DNA from: Aplysia californica
Taxonomy: Eukaryota
Assembly: GCF_000002075.1 (NCBI RefSeq)
Contig: NW_004797283.1
Span: 2,386,170-2,450,029, forward strand
Length of the DNA stretch: 63,860 bases
Reading direction: 5' to 3'
Below are positions 38,123 through 49,918 of the stretch, in pieces (the first letter of the stretch is position 1; every line of letters starts with the position of its first letter). The position numbers and the translations under genes were made by a program. The notes below the pieces were generated by a model. The model saw nothing but the letters and a program-made list of their open reading frames with translations, had not been told where the DNA came from and searched no databases.

Positions 38123-39951
38123 ATGAGCGATGGTTTACCTGTGCTGAAGAGGTCAAGATTCTCGTTCGAAGCGCTTAAAGTAATCTATCCACTGGAGGAA
38201 AAGGAAAAGCTAGCCAGGGCCAAACGAGAGGCTGCCAAGTTAGCTTTAGCAAAGGCTCGGTCTCAGAAGCCTGGCAAAAAGAAAGGCAGGCCTGGATCGA
38301 AAAGAACAAGAAAGAAATCTGTTGGATCAGATGTTAAATTGGAGCCTGTAGTGGCATCCTCGAATGCAAATTCTCAAAACCCAGTGTTATCATCATCATC
38401 ACATCCTGTGCAAGAGTCGACAGTCAGCCAAGCCGTCCAATCACCTATTGTGAATGTGGTACCTGTGTCAGTGTCAAACAAAGCGGAAATTACTTCTCGT
38501 GCCCTGGAGGCAACAAAGGTCCAACGGGAGGCCCCAAAGGAGACTACAAAAGAAGCGCAAGCCATTCAGGACAACAGCAGTGGAACCCTTAAGATTGTGA
38601 TCAACACTTCAGCCTGGAAGTCTGGGCCTTCTTCTCATCACACAAACTACGGGTTGCCCTCTGTGCCAAGTCCCACAATCTCCACAGTGCCATCATCTGT
38701 TTCCTCCCTCGCTGAGCCCTCCGTGCGCCTTCCCAGTGTCCCTTTGACTGTCACTGCCAGCTCTACTCCCCCACAAGCTCCTGGAACGCCAGTGCAACTT
38801 CCCTTTCCTGTTCGACCTTACATGTCCCCTGGCCTGACCCCTGGAATGACTAGCACCCCAGTGGCTACAGGTCTCCGACTTCCTGTGTTTTTTACCGTGA
38901 AGCCACAGAAGTTTCTTGCAGAGGAACAGAAGGGTTCTCCAGAACCTACCGTGCCTGCTAAAAAAGTCCCAAAATTGAAAGTAAAAAAGTCCCAGAGTAA
39001 AGCAGGGAAATCAAAGTCTTCGAAGCAATTTGTGGCGTTTGAGAATATTGACTCTCAAAACATTAGTGTGTCCATTCAGAGCAGACCTGAAGACAGAATT
39101 GCTACAGATGCTTCACAAGAGTTGCATGTCTCCGATTGCCCGTCATCTCCACTGACTGAACCACCCCCAGTAAGCCCTGTCCTTGACAGACTGAACCCTG
39201 GTGGTGAGACCACAGCACAAGTAGAGGCAGGTCCTTGCTCCGAGCCGCACACTTCCTTTCTCCAACCAGAACCTGTGGCGGTTAGCTCAAAGGGAGATCA
39301 TGCAGATTCGATGTCGATGGCTAGTTCTAGTAAAAAGGACGACAGTCTCTTCAAAGCTCCTTGTGAAGTGCTGGATCTTGCATCAGGGGACAGTATTCTG
39401 CAGATCTCCCCAAGCAAATTGAGAGGAAAAATCCCTGGGTCTCTGATTCGTTCTCATCTTGAGCATTTCTCTCTTGGAGGTTTTGAGGAGTCCTTAGACA
39501 TGCAACAAATCCAGCAGTTGGCTCAGGCCATATCACCAGGTAAAGGTCACGGGGAATCCATGTCTAGGTTTGACCTCATGGCCTTTTTGGAGTCGTCCAA
39601 TCTGACGCTGGCATCCAATCTCACGCTAAAAGATTCTCTCTTCCCTGGTGGCTCTGGCACAACAGAATCGAGCTCCGCAGGCAGGGTGTCCTTCGCTGGT
39701 GCACTCTCACAACATAAGACATCTAGAGAAGGTACGGATGCTTCAGGACAAGCTGGGTCCTGTGGCACTGAAGGTCAGATCAGTGCTTCCAGCAGCCATG
39801 CAAATGAAGGCGCTCAGGTGGCTTTGCAGAACAAGACAGATGGTCCTCCAGAAGATCACACTGCTGGCAGTGCTGTTTTAGGAGAAGACACCAGCTCCTC
39901 ATATACTGCTCCACCTTCTGTTGCCACGCTGGACAACTTGAATTGGACAGA
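38123..39951 (+). CDS. GON4L: GON4L second large low-complexity exon (1829 nt), ending at the NWT start of the SANT/Myb-like domain
   Basis: Lies within the 617-aa ORF; ctcag acceptor, GA/gtaagt donor, phase 0-2. Confidence 0.9.
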
Positions 39952-40188
39952 GTAAGTGTATTATTATGAAGAGTGGCACCAGATGCTTTCACTCTAGTTA
40001 TGGTTCATTTTAAACTTGAGTTGAAGAAGCTTAGAAGGCATTTACTCATTTCCCACAAGTGTCAGTTTTACTTCAAATAATGTTACTGTGAAAATGTCAC
40101 TACAGTTAGGAATTGTACTGCCTCTCTTCTCCCCCCCCCCCTTCCCCAGTTCCATCGTATACGACAGCAATCTGCCCTTAATAATATA

Positions 40189-41030
40189 CTGTGGAACTTG
40201 CCATGACAGCCACCTGTATAATACGACCTACAAACGGCCACTTTCCATTTCCCCCCTTACTTTTTTTCTATATAACTTAACTGTGTAAAATGGTCACCTG
40301 TCCAAAACGGTCACCTGTCCAAAGCAGCCGCGGCCACCTTATTTTATCTACCCATGGTCAAACTTACCTGCCTCAGGCGGCCAGGTGTGGTCACTCATTG
40401 CCCGACACTTTGTCATAAATTTCAGGCTATTCATTCACCTGTCGTTATTGTTTCTCCCTCCAATGAAAGTTGACCAATGAGTAGGCTAACAATAAATTTT
40501 CAACAGCTGTTGAGGGAAGCATGATCCGTCATGACCTATAAGCCCCGCCCACAACTCATGCACAAATCGTGTGTAAGGTGACTGGTCACTGTTTTGTTTA
40601 CCTAATCTTTAACAAAGTGACAATGGACATTGATGTGAACTTGGGACAGAAGTTTCGCTTGCTCTCCGAGTGGTGGCAACTTGTGTGTTTGTTTTACCAT
40701 GGCACTCAGTCTTCATTGTCTTACTTACATAATATTTCATTTATTTTACCCTTACACAAAATCAACAACAAAAAGAAAGCTAAGCAACAACAACAAAAAA
40801 CCAAAAAAAAGCCTTCTTACACCACCCACCCCCTTTTTTTTTAAAGAAAACAAAAACCCTTTTGAATTAGCCTTACAGCAGTCTAAAGCCTGAGATCAGC
40901 CCTGGTTTGGGCCTCGGAAAAGAATGGTTTGCTTTCTTCACTTTGATCAGTCATGCCTAAGATGGCCACCTGTGTTATACGGCCGCTTTTCTCCTTGACA
41001 GTGGGTGGCCGTTTTACACAGGTTTGACTG
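40189..41030 (-). mobile_element. MITE family M1, inverted copy
   Basis: Reverse-complement matches to 33661-34465 at both ends and internally (e.g. ccaccactcggaga...cttctgtc.caagttca). Confidence 0.85.
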
Positions 41031-41496
41031 TTGTTTGTCACAGCTTATTTATCTTTCCCAAAGTTTTTTTCCTTTTAACTTGAGTCCAGAATTTCTAGAA
41101 TTTCAAAATCCTGCTTGAATCTTGAAATAGTTATGTGGGGGGGGGGGGGGGGGGGAATTGAAACTGCTAACCATCTCAATTCTGTCATTGTGACTGGGTA
41201 TTTTATAATGCCCATTGGTGAAATATACAAAAACTAATTTATTTTCACAGTCAAAATAAGCAGCTGTGGCAGACATCCTTCACTACTTTTACTTTAAAGG
41301 GATCAACAAAAATATCTTAGTGCTAATCGAAGTCAGTGTCTGGAAATGGATCTTGGGTATGTGAAACCTGTCCATGTGAAAGTATAATTTGCAAATGGGG
41401 GAACCAAATCAGTTGGGACTTTTCTTTTTCTACATAACTACTTCAACTTCAACATTATCCTGGGACATTTATTTTCATTGGGGTTATTTAGATATA

Positions 41497-42412
41497 CAGT
41501 CGAACCTGTGTAAGATGGAATCGCAAGGGAGCCAGAAAAAAATTGCGTCTTAGACAGGGAATTTAAGGGTGAGGTGGAGGGGGATTTCAAAGGCCCAGCC
41601 GGTGGGATCAAGGGTCGCTTGTCCAGTTGGCAAGCAGTGTTCAGTCAAAACTTCACACATCTCTACTCCTTTCCTCTCTGATAATGGCATTCGTCAGTCT
41701 TACTTATCCATTGCCACTAGTGCTTGCATTTCATAGGAAACCATTTGACCTTTTAGAAACAGAAGCGTTTGAACATCTCCTTAGCCCCACCCATCAGTGT
41801 AATAAGCACAGTCAACCAATCCCACCCCTCGCTTCCATGTAACAACAATTTGAGGCACTCTTTTCTCAGTTGGCCATATGGTCTGGGCGGCAGGCATATG
41901 TCAAACTAATTTCTTCACCTCTCTAGCTTCTGACTACCCAGGAAAATTTCCACGGTGGCTCGCTACTCGAGCACTTACACTGCCACCCTTGAGATTTTAC
42001 ACCCACATCACCCAGACCATCTGAACCACTCAGAGCTCACATAGAATCATACATGTGGTAACATCTACTCCCAAATTGCACCCCTACTCTCTTTCCTTGC
42101 CCTTACTCTCTTTCCTTGCCCTGCGGCATGGCGTTAAGTTTAGAGCCGGTGAAACCAAGCTTGCTAGTTTTCTTTCAAATCAGGGCTGAGCGGACTAAGC
42201 ATTTTCCGTCTAAGACAGGTAAAACCCTGGGAAGGGAGCGGATTTTTCTTTCCGTGTCCGCGTTGGACAGGTTTCTGTTTTATGCAGGTAATTAAATTAA
42301 TTCCGTTTTATACAGGTAATTAAAGAGGAATGTATCAAGGGGGGGTTGTAGGGAGATTCAGTAAAGATAGATTTCCGTTTTACCCATCTTTCCATTAAGG
42401 CAGGTTCAACTG
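41497..42412 (-). mobile_element. MITE family M2, inverted copy
   Basis: TA|CAGTCGAACCTG ... CAGGTTCAACTG|TA; reverse-complement homology to 37127-37986 along its length. Confidence 0.9.
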
Positions 42413-42783
42413 TATATATACAAGTTACATTGGGACAATGTCCAGTACATCTGATAATGCTGGTGTTGAAGAAAGGGGTTTTCCAGTAGTGTCCCTGTAG
42501 GTTCTACTTCGTCATTATTCTCCAGTAGTACCCTTGTCGGTATTGCTGTCATTTTTATATTGAAGGATGGACTTCATGGATAAATCTTGTATTAAAATTA
42601 ATAAATTAGCCAGTTGCTCTCAGTTTTTCTTTGGTCAGTCGGTTGGGTTGTTTTTTGTTGTTGTTGTTCAAAGCAAAAATGTGGGGTGTGGTGTGTGAGA
42701 GCTCTTACAAGAACGCATTGTTTTTGGAAAAAGTGCCAAAATGTAAGGATTACTTAATGTTTCTACCTATCTTGGTTCTTCAG

Positions 42784-42886
42784 GGCTTGGGACATCGCCA
42801 TTTTGAATGTGGTCACTGAAGAAGGAGTTACTCCATCTGCCATAGATCGGCTTCACAGGGAAATACCGCAGAAGTCCTTGGATGAG
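42784..42886 (+). CDS. GON4L: GON4L exon, SANT/Myb-like domain (E)AWDIAILNVVTEEGVTPSAIDRLHREIPQKSLDE
   Basis: ttcag/gtatg, phase 2-0. WT...D..IL......G........L......K...E pattern of the GON4L/FLASH C-terminal domain. Confidence 0.88.
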
Positions 42887-43045
42887 GTATGAGGCACTGT
42901 TTTGATCTGTTTTTTTTCTTGGATTTGTTTTAAGGTAATAGGCATGTAGTTTAAATGTACCTCTGGTAGATTCTACTTCTTTTCTATCCCTCTTTTGTTT
43001 CTGTCTCTTTATCTTACAGTTTTTACTTCACTGTATGATTTTGTG

Positions 43046-43231
43046 TGTGGTTGGCAGGTGCACTAGAATGGTTTGCTTTTTCTTTTCTGTCAAACATCCA
43101 TCCTCCTTATCTCTTCTCCTTTTTTTTTTCATTTGTATGTTACTCTTCAGGAATACTTCTAATCTTTGGCAGTTGTATTGTATAACCTATTTGAGTTGCC
43201 ATTGTCGCAAATCTTGTAGGCCTACTAAAAC
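43046..43231 (+). mobile_element. SINE-like family A copy (old, diverged)
   Basis: Consensus match. Confidence 0.75.
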
Positions 43232-43528
43232 TTTTTTTTTTTTTTTAAACAGATTAAATGACGGTTATTGTGTTGATTTGCATCTCTTTATTCAAACTAT
43301 TTTTAATAAGGCAATAGAAGTTTTAACATTATATTAATTATAAACTGTATTGAATCTTTTGAGAAGCGTAAGTGGCTTGAGCAGTAAGCAAGCAGAGGCA
43401 CTTTGAGTAATTCAGTGAATAAGTTGGCATGTCATTACAGTTGTAAAGTGCTTGGAATCTTGTTTGGAGAGTGTTTTTGTTTTTATTTAACTTTGCAAAT
43501 TCAAGGCTTACTCTGCTAGAAGTATTCT

Positions 43529-44215
43529 TGTCACGACACGGTGGAATCGGGTGCACGTCAGTTTCTCTGCAAATTGATTATTGATGGTATAATCAAGAGC
43601 TTGTTTATTTGTCATGCTCTTTATTTTTTTTTAAATACCCATCTATCTTTCATAGAAATCGAGATATTTGCAATTCAAGAAGGAAGGGGTTACATAGTGT
43701 CAGAGGTAAAATAAGCGAGAAAATGGCCGCCAGTTTGATGATTTCCAGAGCTTGAGAGCGAGAGTCATTGAAAACTGAAATGTGAGACATCATGGTGAAA
43801 TCAGGCTCTCGTCAAAATGATGAAATCGAAGAGTCCTGCATTTCCTTCTTTTTAGGGAATTTATATCGGATTTTTGCTTTTTGACTCATCACCTTTTAAG
43901 TTCATTTAAAAACACATTTCTGTGTGGATCTTACTGAAAAGTGTTGCATAAAGGCACAAAAAAAGTAATTTTGCAGTTTTCGAAGATTCTCAAGCTTTGG
44001 AAGTCACCCATATTTGGCGGCCATTTTCTTTCTTGTTTTACCTCTGAAATCAGGCAACCCCTACCTCCTTCAATCGCAAATATCTCAACTTCTATTCAAT
44101 ATTGATGAGTATTTTTTTTTTCAGTAAAGGTAATACAAATGGACAGGCTTTAAGATGATGCCAATAACTCCAGATGCCCAAAAATTGACAAGTGCCTGAT
44201 TCCACCATGTGACAC
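43529..44215. mobile_element. Foldback/MITE with ~230-bp imperfect inverted arms
   Basis: ggtggaatc/gattccacc, gagatatttgc/gcaaatatctc, cagaggtaaaa/ttttacctctg, aaaatggccgcca/tggcggccatttt and agcttgaga/tctcaagct occur in mirrored order. Confidence 0.85.
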
Positions 44216-44398
44216 AAATTTTCCTTTTTATATTTGAATTTGCCTGTGTTCATGTTTTTTCTATAAATCCTTGGCGTAGCAGTTTACGCTTTTAATCGGT
44301 TGTCACATATCGTTTCTCTGTTCAATTCAGGAAGGATTTCTTACAGTTGTTCCTTTTAAATCCGAGTTTTTAAAATCTTATTTGTTGATGCTCCTCAG

Positions 44399-44479
44399 AT
44401 TGCGACTCGAGCTGAGTTGTTGATACAGTGGGTCCAAAACAATGCAGACACAGACACAGAGAGTGAGGCAGGCAGCTGA
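44399..44479 (+). CDS. GON4L: GON4L last coding exon IATRAELLIQWVQNNADTDTESEAGS*
   Basis: ctcctcag acceptor, phase 0. Completes SANT helix 3 (I..R...L), TGA at 44477-44479. Confidence 0.82.
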   Translation: MATRAELLIQWVQNNADTDTESEAGS

Positions 44480-45978
44480 TCCTTTGAAAGTGAAGGGCAG
44501 GAAGCAAGTTTAGAGATGTCTACATCAGAACAATACAGCATCTGCGAGTGAGGCCAACAACAGAATGTCAAGAGTAGATTAGAAGATTGAGGGGGGGGGG
44601 GCTGCAGACTCTTTCAGGCAGGGAGGCAACTTGGGATCTCTTGCCAAGACAAGCAGCTGCAGCTGACTGTTAGACCTCACCGGTACTGACACAGTGAGGA
44701 AGAGGCATACAACTGATCAGTGCGAGTGGAGTGTTCGTGTGTTGGGGCATGTCCCTGTTGTTAACACATTACACCCAAGGGGTCTGGGTGGGAAGTCTAT
44801 TCCCAAATCCTAAGCAAGTGGAAGGAACCCACCTATCATAAATACAAACATTTAGAAAAACACATTTTAAAAATACAAAACAAATTCCAAAAATGTCAAA
44901 AAAATAACAACTAGAAAGAGAAATGAATATGGTTTCAGAAAAATATAGCTTTATATATGCACAAATTGTTGGAAATGTTCTCTCTTTAGCTCAGTCGGTG
45001 TGTTCGACCCTTCACTCTCACTCTCAGTCTCGCAGTTGGGCCCCAAAATATAAATTCTACATCTGATTAATCGAAATTGCCCCCAACTCTTGCTACAATG
45101 TTTTTATCAATATTTTATTCATCTGATTTGTCATTTACTTGTTCTTGCTCTAATCCGTGGTTATTTCCTTTTCAAAACAATTGTGTTGCTTTTCAACAAG
45201 CAGAGACACCTTCGAAGTGTCGGAAAAGCAATCGCACTTCGATCGGCTCTAAAACTGAAACTACTGGCCCCAAAAAATTCCGTTTCGGTATCGAACGGAA
45301 GAAGAAACATTTTGCAATGAACTGTGTAAAACGAAATTTTGGCCCAAGAGTCTCGTTAAGGCTAGACTTCGTTTCTAAAGACGCCTGGTTGGAGCAGGCG
45401 AGTTAGGGTGGAGCACGTAGGGAAATTCTCGGGGGATCACGGGCGAGTTAAGGTGTAATGTGTTAAAAGTGACCACAGACTGTGGGTTTTCGAGACTAAT
45501 TAAATAGTGTTCATCAAGTTTGGTCTTTCTGTTGTTACAATACCACACTTTGCGCAGGTGTTGCTATTAGTTACAGCTTTCACCTGTTTTAAACCTTCAT
45601 ATATTTTTCTTCCAAGACATCCCACTGTTGCATGTTCCTATACCCCATTCAGTATGTTATGATCTGATATGCGTGTGTTGTGTGTTTCTGTGAGTAAATG
45701 TACATTTTATGTTTTTTAACTGAATCATTCATTCATGAATGGTTTTCTTTCATCCAATGTCTCTCTGCCATTTTTTAATTCCAATGAGCATATCTTTTTG
45801 TAGTCGCAACTGGCAAATCAGTGAGAGTAATAATAGTGTGTCACATCATGCTTAGTGGTCACATCATGTACATTGTCTGTTATTTATTTCAATTTGAATT
45901 TTGCATGGACTTTTGTATTTAAAACCCTCTCGAGTGACATAATAATATTACTTTTGTACCGGTACTGATGTTGAAATG

Positions 45979-46050
45979 AATACATTGCAGAATCCAAAAA
46001 CAAAGTACCATGAGTTGCCTTTTTGTTTTTCTGGGTTGTTTTTTTTCCCT
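45979..46050 (+). terminator. Candidate non-canonical poly(A) signal AATACA with downstream U/GU-rich tract
   Basis: AATACA at 45979, several upstream TGTA motifs, T/GT-rich element from about 46020. Inference only. Confidence 0.3.
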
Positions 46051-46858
46051 CAGTCTGTGTCTAATGTAATGTCTGAAAATGGTATTTATGTCTTGTTTAT
46101 TTTTTTAAGTTTTTTTTCTCATTGAAGAAGGATAAATTCTTTTCTTAATATAGAGACAAAAAACTAAACCTATTAAAATTCTAATTTTTAGACAATGTCT
46201 TAAAACCTTGGAAAAATCTCAGTTTACTCTAATGGTGGCCAGTAATGCATGTAGTTCGAGCTAAGTTTACCTTCTTCTGAAACAGGCACTCCACCACTAC
46301 TGGTGCTACCGGTAGACTGTTGACACTTATTATTGAGTGGAAATTTCTCATTCTTCAGAGCTAAAAGTTTTTAGATCAGAAGACATACCTTACTTTTACA
46401 CTGTTCCTAGCCTTATGACTTTGTAGTAATGAAGAGGGCCGCCAAGCATAAGACTAGTCATTTATTATTTTAGCAAAATCATGGTGAAATGAGGCCATCA
46501 TCACGCAGTCTTGAAGTAAACTGCTGCTAATGTCATACATCTAGTTGACTCTTTGTCAACGGTTCTGCAAACAAAGGACAAAAATTTGATATTTTTAGCA
46601 AGTACAAGATGAAAGTAGGACCACATAGCCGTCTTGTTTTTTGTCTACTGTTTTCTCTTTTCTTCCTTGCTTCTCATTGCCACCACTACTCTTACGAGTT
46701 TGAGTGATTAATGAATGTTCTGTGGTCAGACTCGGCTCCTTTTTCCTGTTTTTGTCACTAATAATTATTTTCTCTTCGCTCAAGCAATTGGAAGGCACCA
46801 CTAACATGTCTTTACTTTCCCTCCATTCTTTCTTGTCAATCTTGCTTTTCCTCCTCAC

Positions 46859-47036
46859 GTGGGTCATTGGCGGGTGCTCTGGTGTGGTTTGCTTCTTCTT
46901 TCCTATCAAACATCTATCGTCTTTATCTCCCCTCCTTCATTTTGTTTTTGTTACTCTCTTGTAACACCTCTAATCTTCGGCACTTACTTATATGACTTTA
47001 TTGTGTTGCAAGTGCCGTAAAACACTTCTATAAAAA
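46859..47036 (+). mobile_element. SINE-like family A copy
   Basis: Consensus match. Confidence 0.9.
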
Positions 47037-47551
47037 TTTTCCTCACATGTAACCCCCAAGGCTCAAGGACTGTATGTGCCAAACTGGCTCATTAGATTAA
47101 GAAATACATTTATTTTTTTTACAACCAGCAACAACACTTTTTTCACCCTTTTTAATTCAACTCGCCTCGATACAAGAAATGGAGACGTATTTTTCGACTG
47201 CTGTGCTTTGAACATCTAACTCTCACTGGGGGAAAATGAAGGCAAAAGGGTCAGGGACAATTTACTTGAACAGATGGGTAACGGAGGGAAAAAAGCAGAA
47301 TGCTCAAACTTTTTTTTAGAGGAACCGAGCTAAGGATGAATGGATAACCATGATCGCTGATGTCTGTCGCAGATCTGGCACTTGGTGATAATGTGTGGAG
47401 AAATAACTGGAATAATTCTGAGAGAGAATGAGTGAGAGTTTGGTGGGGGTAGGAGGGAGGATGATATTACCCTTTCTTTTGATGACAATGTAGCTCTTTT
47501 CTGCCACTGCAATCGATAGCGCTTTTTTTTTTTTAATGGTCCACATTTTGT

Positions 47552-47930
47552 ATTATTATATTATTAGTAGAGAGTTTTACGGCGCTCGCAACTGCATGAG
47601 GTCATATGAGCGCCAAGGGGTGGGTGTCAACAGAGAAGTCCTTACAGGGATTCAGACTTACTCTGCTCACCTCTCTAGCTTCAACGGCACAAGGTCTGCT
47701 TCGACTATCAAAGCACCCCGGAATTAGCAGGTCACAGCAGAGTGACCAACATACATTGTAAGGATTAGGAAAGAAAAAGCAACAGTTCCCTGTTGCAGAT
47801 CAGGCACGGTTATGAGCGTGACTTGATGAATCAGCCCATTTACAATTCTACTATGCTTGAACGAGAAATGTCCCCCTCTCCCCTTTGGGGATGGCCTAAA
47901 GACACTACAGTCAGTGGCACTGCCCCGGGG
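47552..47930 (-). mobile_element. SINE-like family B copy
   Basis: Full-length reverse complement, TSD ggtccacattttgt at 47538 and 47931. Confidence 0.9.
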
Positions 47931-48477
47931 GGTCCACATTTTGTGCCAAATGATGAATCATTTGTCACTCACAACTAGGGGAGAGGGAAATCCACTTACC
48001 CCCCCCCCCCCCCCCCCTCCCCCTTATACACACACACACACTTCCCAATCCTCAAATTTAGTAGGATTGGGTAGAATATGTAATATTGAATGAAGAAAAA
48101 TCAGACGAATGCTTTAGAAAAAAAGCGCCATAGTCAATTTTTCAAATAAGCCTACAAGGTGAACATCTTTTATAAAATTTAATAATGTAGGACCTTTAGA
48201 AGTTGATTGCTGTCAATAAGGAAAAAAATTAAGTGGATTTCTTTACTTTTGTGTGATATGGCGTCCTGTCGTAAGCTCCTCATTCAACACTTGACATTCG
48301 TAGCGACATTTTCAAATAATGGTCTCAATGTCCTTTGCGATGTGGTTAAGCTCATTCTTTCAACCGCAACCACGTAATCTACGACAAACCAGCACCAATA
48401 CCGTTGTATTTGGTATAAAGTCAGAATAGTTTGTTGTAATTGGATCAATCTGCTGAGTGGGCAGAACGGAAATATCA

Positions 48478-48661
48478 GTGGGTGGTTCGCGGGTGCTCTG
48501 GTGTGGTTTGCTCCTTCTTTCCTATCAAACATATATCGTCCTTATCTCCCCTCCTTTTTATTTTTGTATTTGTTACTCCCTTGTAACACCTCTAATCTTC
48601 GGCACTTATACATGTATGACCTAATTGTGTTGCAAGTTCCGTAACACTCTTACGTAAAAAA
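48478..48661 (+). mobile_element. SINE-like family A copy inserted in a promoter-unit duplicate
   Basis: TSD ggaaatatca; the empty site is visible at about 54250. Confidence 0.9.
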
Positions 48662-49104
48662 GGGAAATATCAACAGTGGGGCCGGGCACATGGATACTGG
48701 CGTTCCCTTTGTGTTTTGACACCACGTGGTTGTCCACGAGCGGAGCACAAAGGACTGACCAGTAAAGCACAGCCGTGTTTTGCGTGGTTGACTTTTGGAC
48801 ATGTTGGCCCTGTTTACTCCATGTGCACACACTAGGAACATTTTCCTCATCATATAACTGCGAAAGTAAGACGTCACTTGGTAGTGAAGAGAAAACTGAC
48901 TAATTTGCACACTCTCAGCGTGCAACGAGTTTAGATTTTCCTAATGTGCGCGGCATGAAAGGGGTGTGGGAGACTAATACACTGTTGTCCATGTTTGCTT
49001 TGTTCAAGAAAGACATGTCGGCAGTTATGACACCGCTATTGGGTTATGGAAACCGACAGTTTAGGAACAGTAATAAATAATAATAAATAGCATAAAATTT
49101 GTAT

Positions 49105-49625
49105 GGGGGCTCTCGTGGCCTAGAGGTTAAGGTGTTGGCCTCTCATTCAAACGTCCCGGGTTCGAATCCGGGTAGCGACCGAAATATTTTCTTCTCTAAA
49201 ATTGTCTCCTTTCACCTCCTTTCCTCTCTAGCAATGTTCTGTTGTCTGCTTTCGTTTCCACTTTCTGCTCCCATCCCCTCACCCCCTTTGCCCCCTCCTT
49301 TGGGCTCCTGACTCTTTTCTGCAGCCTTTCTACTGCTACTCCTTGGCTCCTCCTTACTGCTTGTCTTTCTGCCACACCCCTGATCTTCTGGTAGGAAAGA
49401 TGTACACCTAGCCATCTCGGACAAGGGCGAAAAATCTCAGAGGGCCCGTGTGCAAGTTGCGCACGTTAAAGATCCCTTGGTGGTCTAAAATCGATAAGAG
49501 TAGGCTTCGGCCGCCACCCGGGCAAAGTTCAAAATTTCCTACCAACTGAAAATATTAGGTGTCCCGCGCGCTCATATAACCTTATGCAGTTGCGAGCGCC
49601 GTAAAATACTCGCCACAAAAAAAAA
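49105..49625 (+). mobile_element. Full-length tRNA-headed SINE family C (Meta/MESC-like core, tail shared with families A/B)
   Basis: A box tggcctagaggttaagg, B box ggttcgaatcc, core gcgcacgttaaagatccc, tail gcgctcatataaccttatgcagttgcgagcgccgtaaaa + A-run. Confidence 0.9.
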
Positions 49626-49643
49626 GAAGAAAAAAAATTGTCT

Positions 49644-49862
49644 TGTGCATACCCCCGCTCGACAGCAAACTCAGTGCACTTTACACTAGATCTATATTAT
49701 TACCCCAGCAGCGTTTGAGCGCTTATAATCAGCTGCTCGCACTGTCTGCTTCTCGTGAAGCTGAGAATGATTGTATGAATGTTCCGTGGTCTGCTGGGGT
49801 AATGTGTAAAGCGCATAGAGCTTGCTGTCGAGCGGGGATATGCGCTATGAAAATGCTATTTA

Positions 49863-49918
<56 letters not shown>

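Noticed and set aside
45030-45460. CpG-rich patch with ggcccc motifs in the presumed GON4L 3' UTR
   Set aside because: Possibly a TE remnant, but I could not define termini or TSDs. ORF 45077-45406 has no support.
49105-49180. tRNA gene (also 26575-26645 minus)
   Set aside because: Acceptor and anticodon stems pair poorly and the sequence continues into a SINE body and tail.
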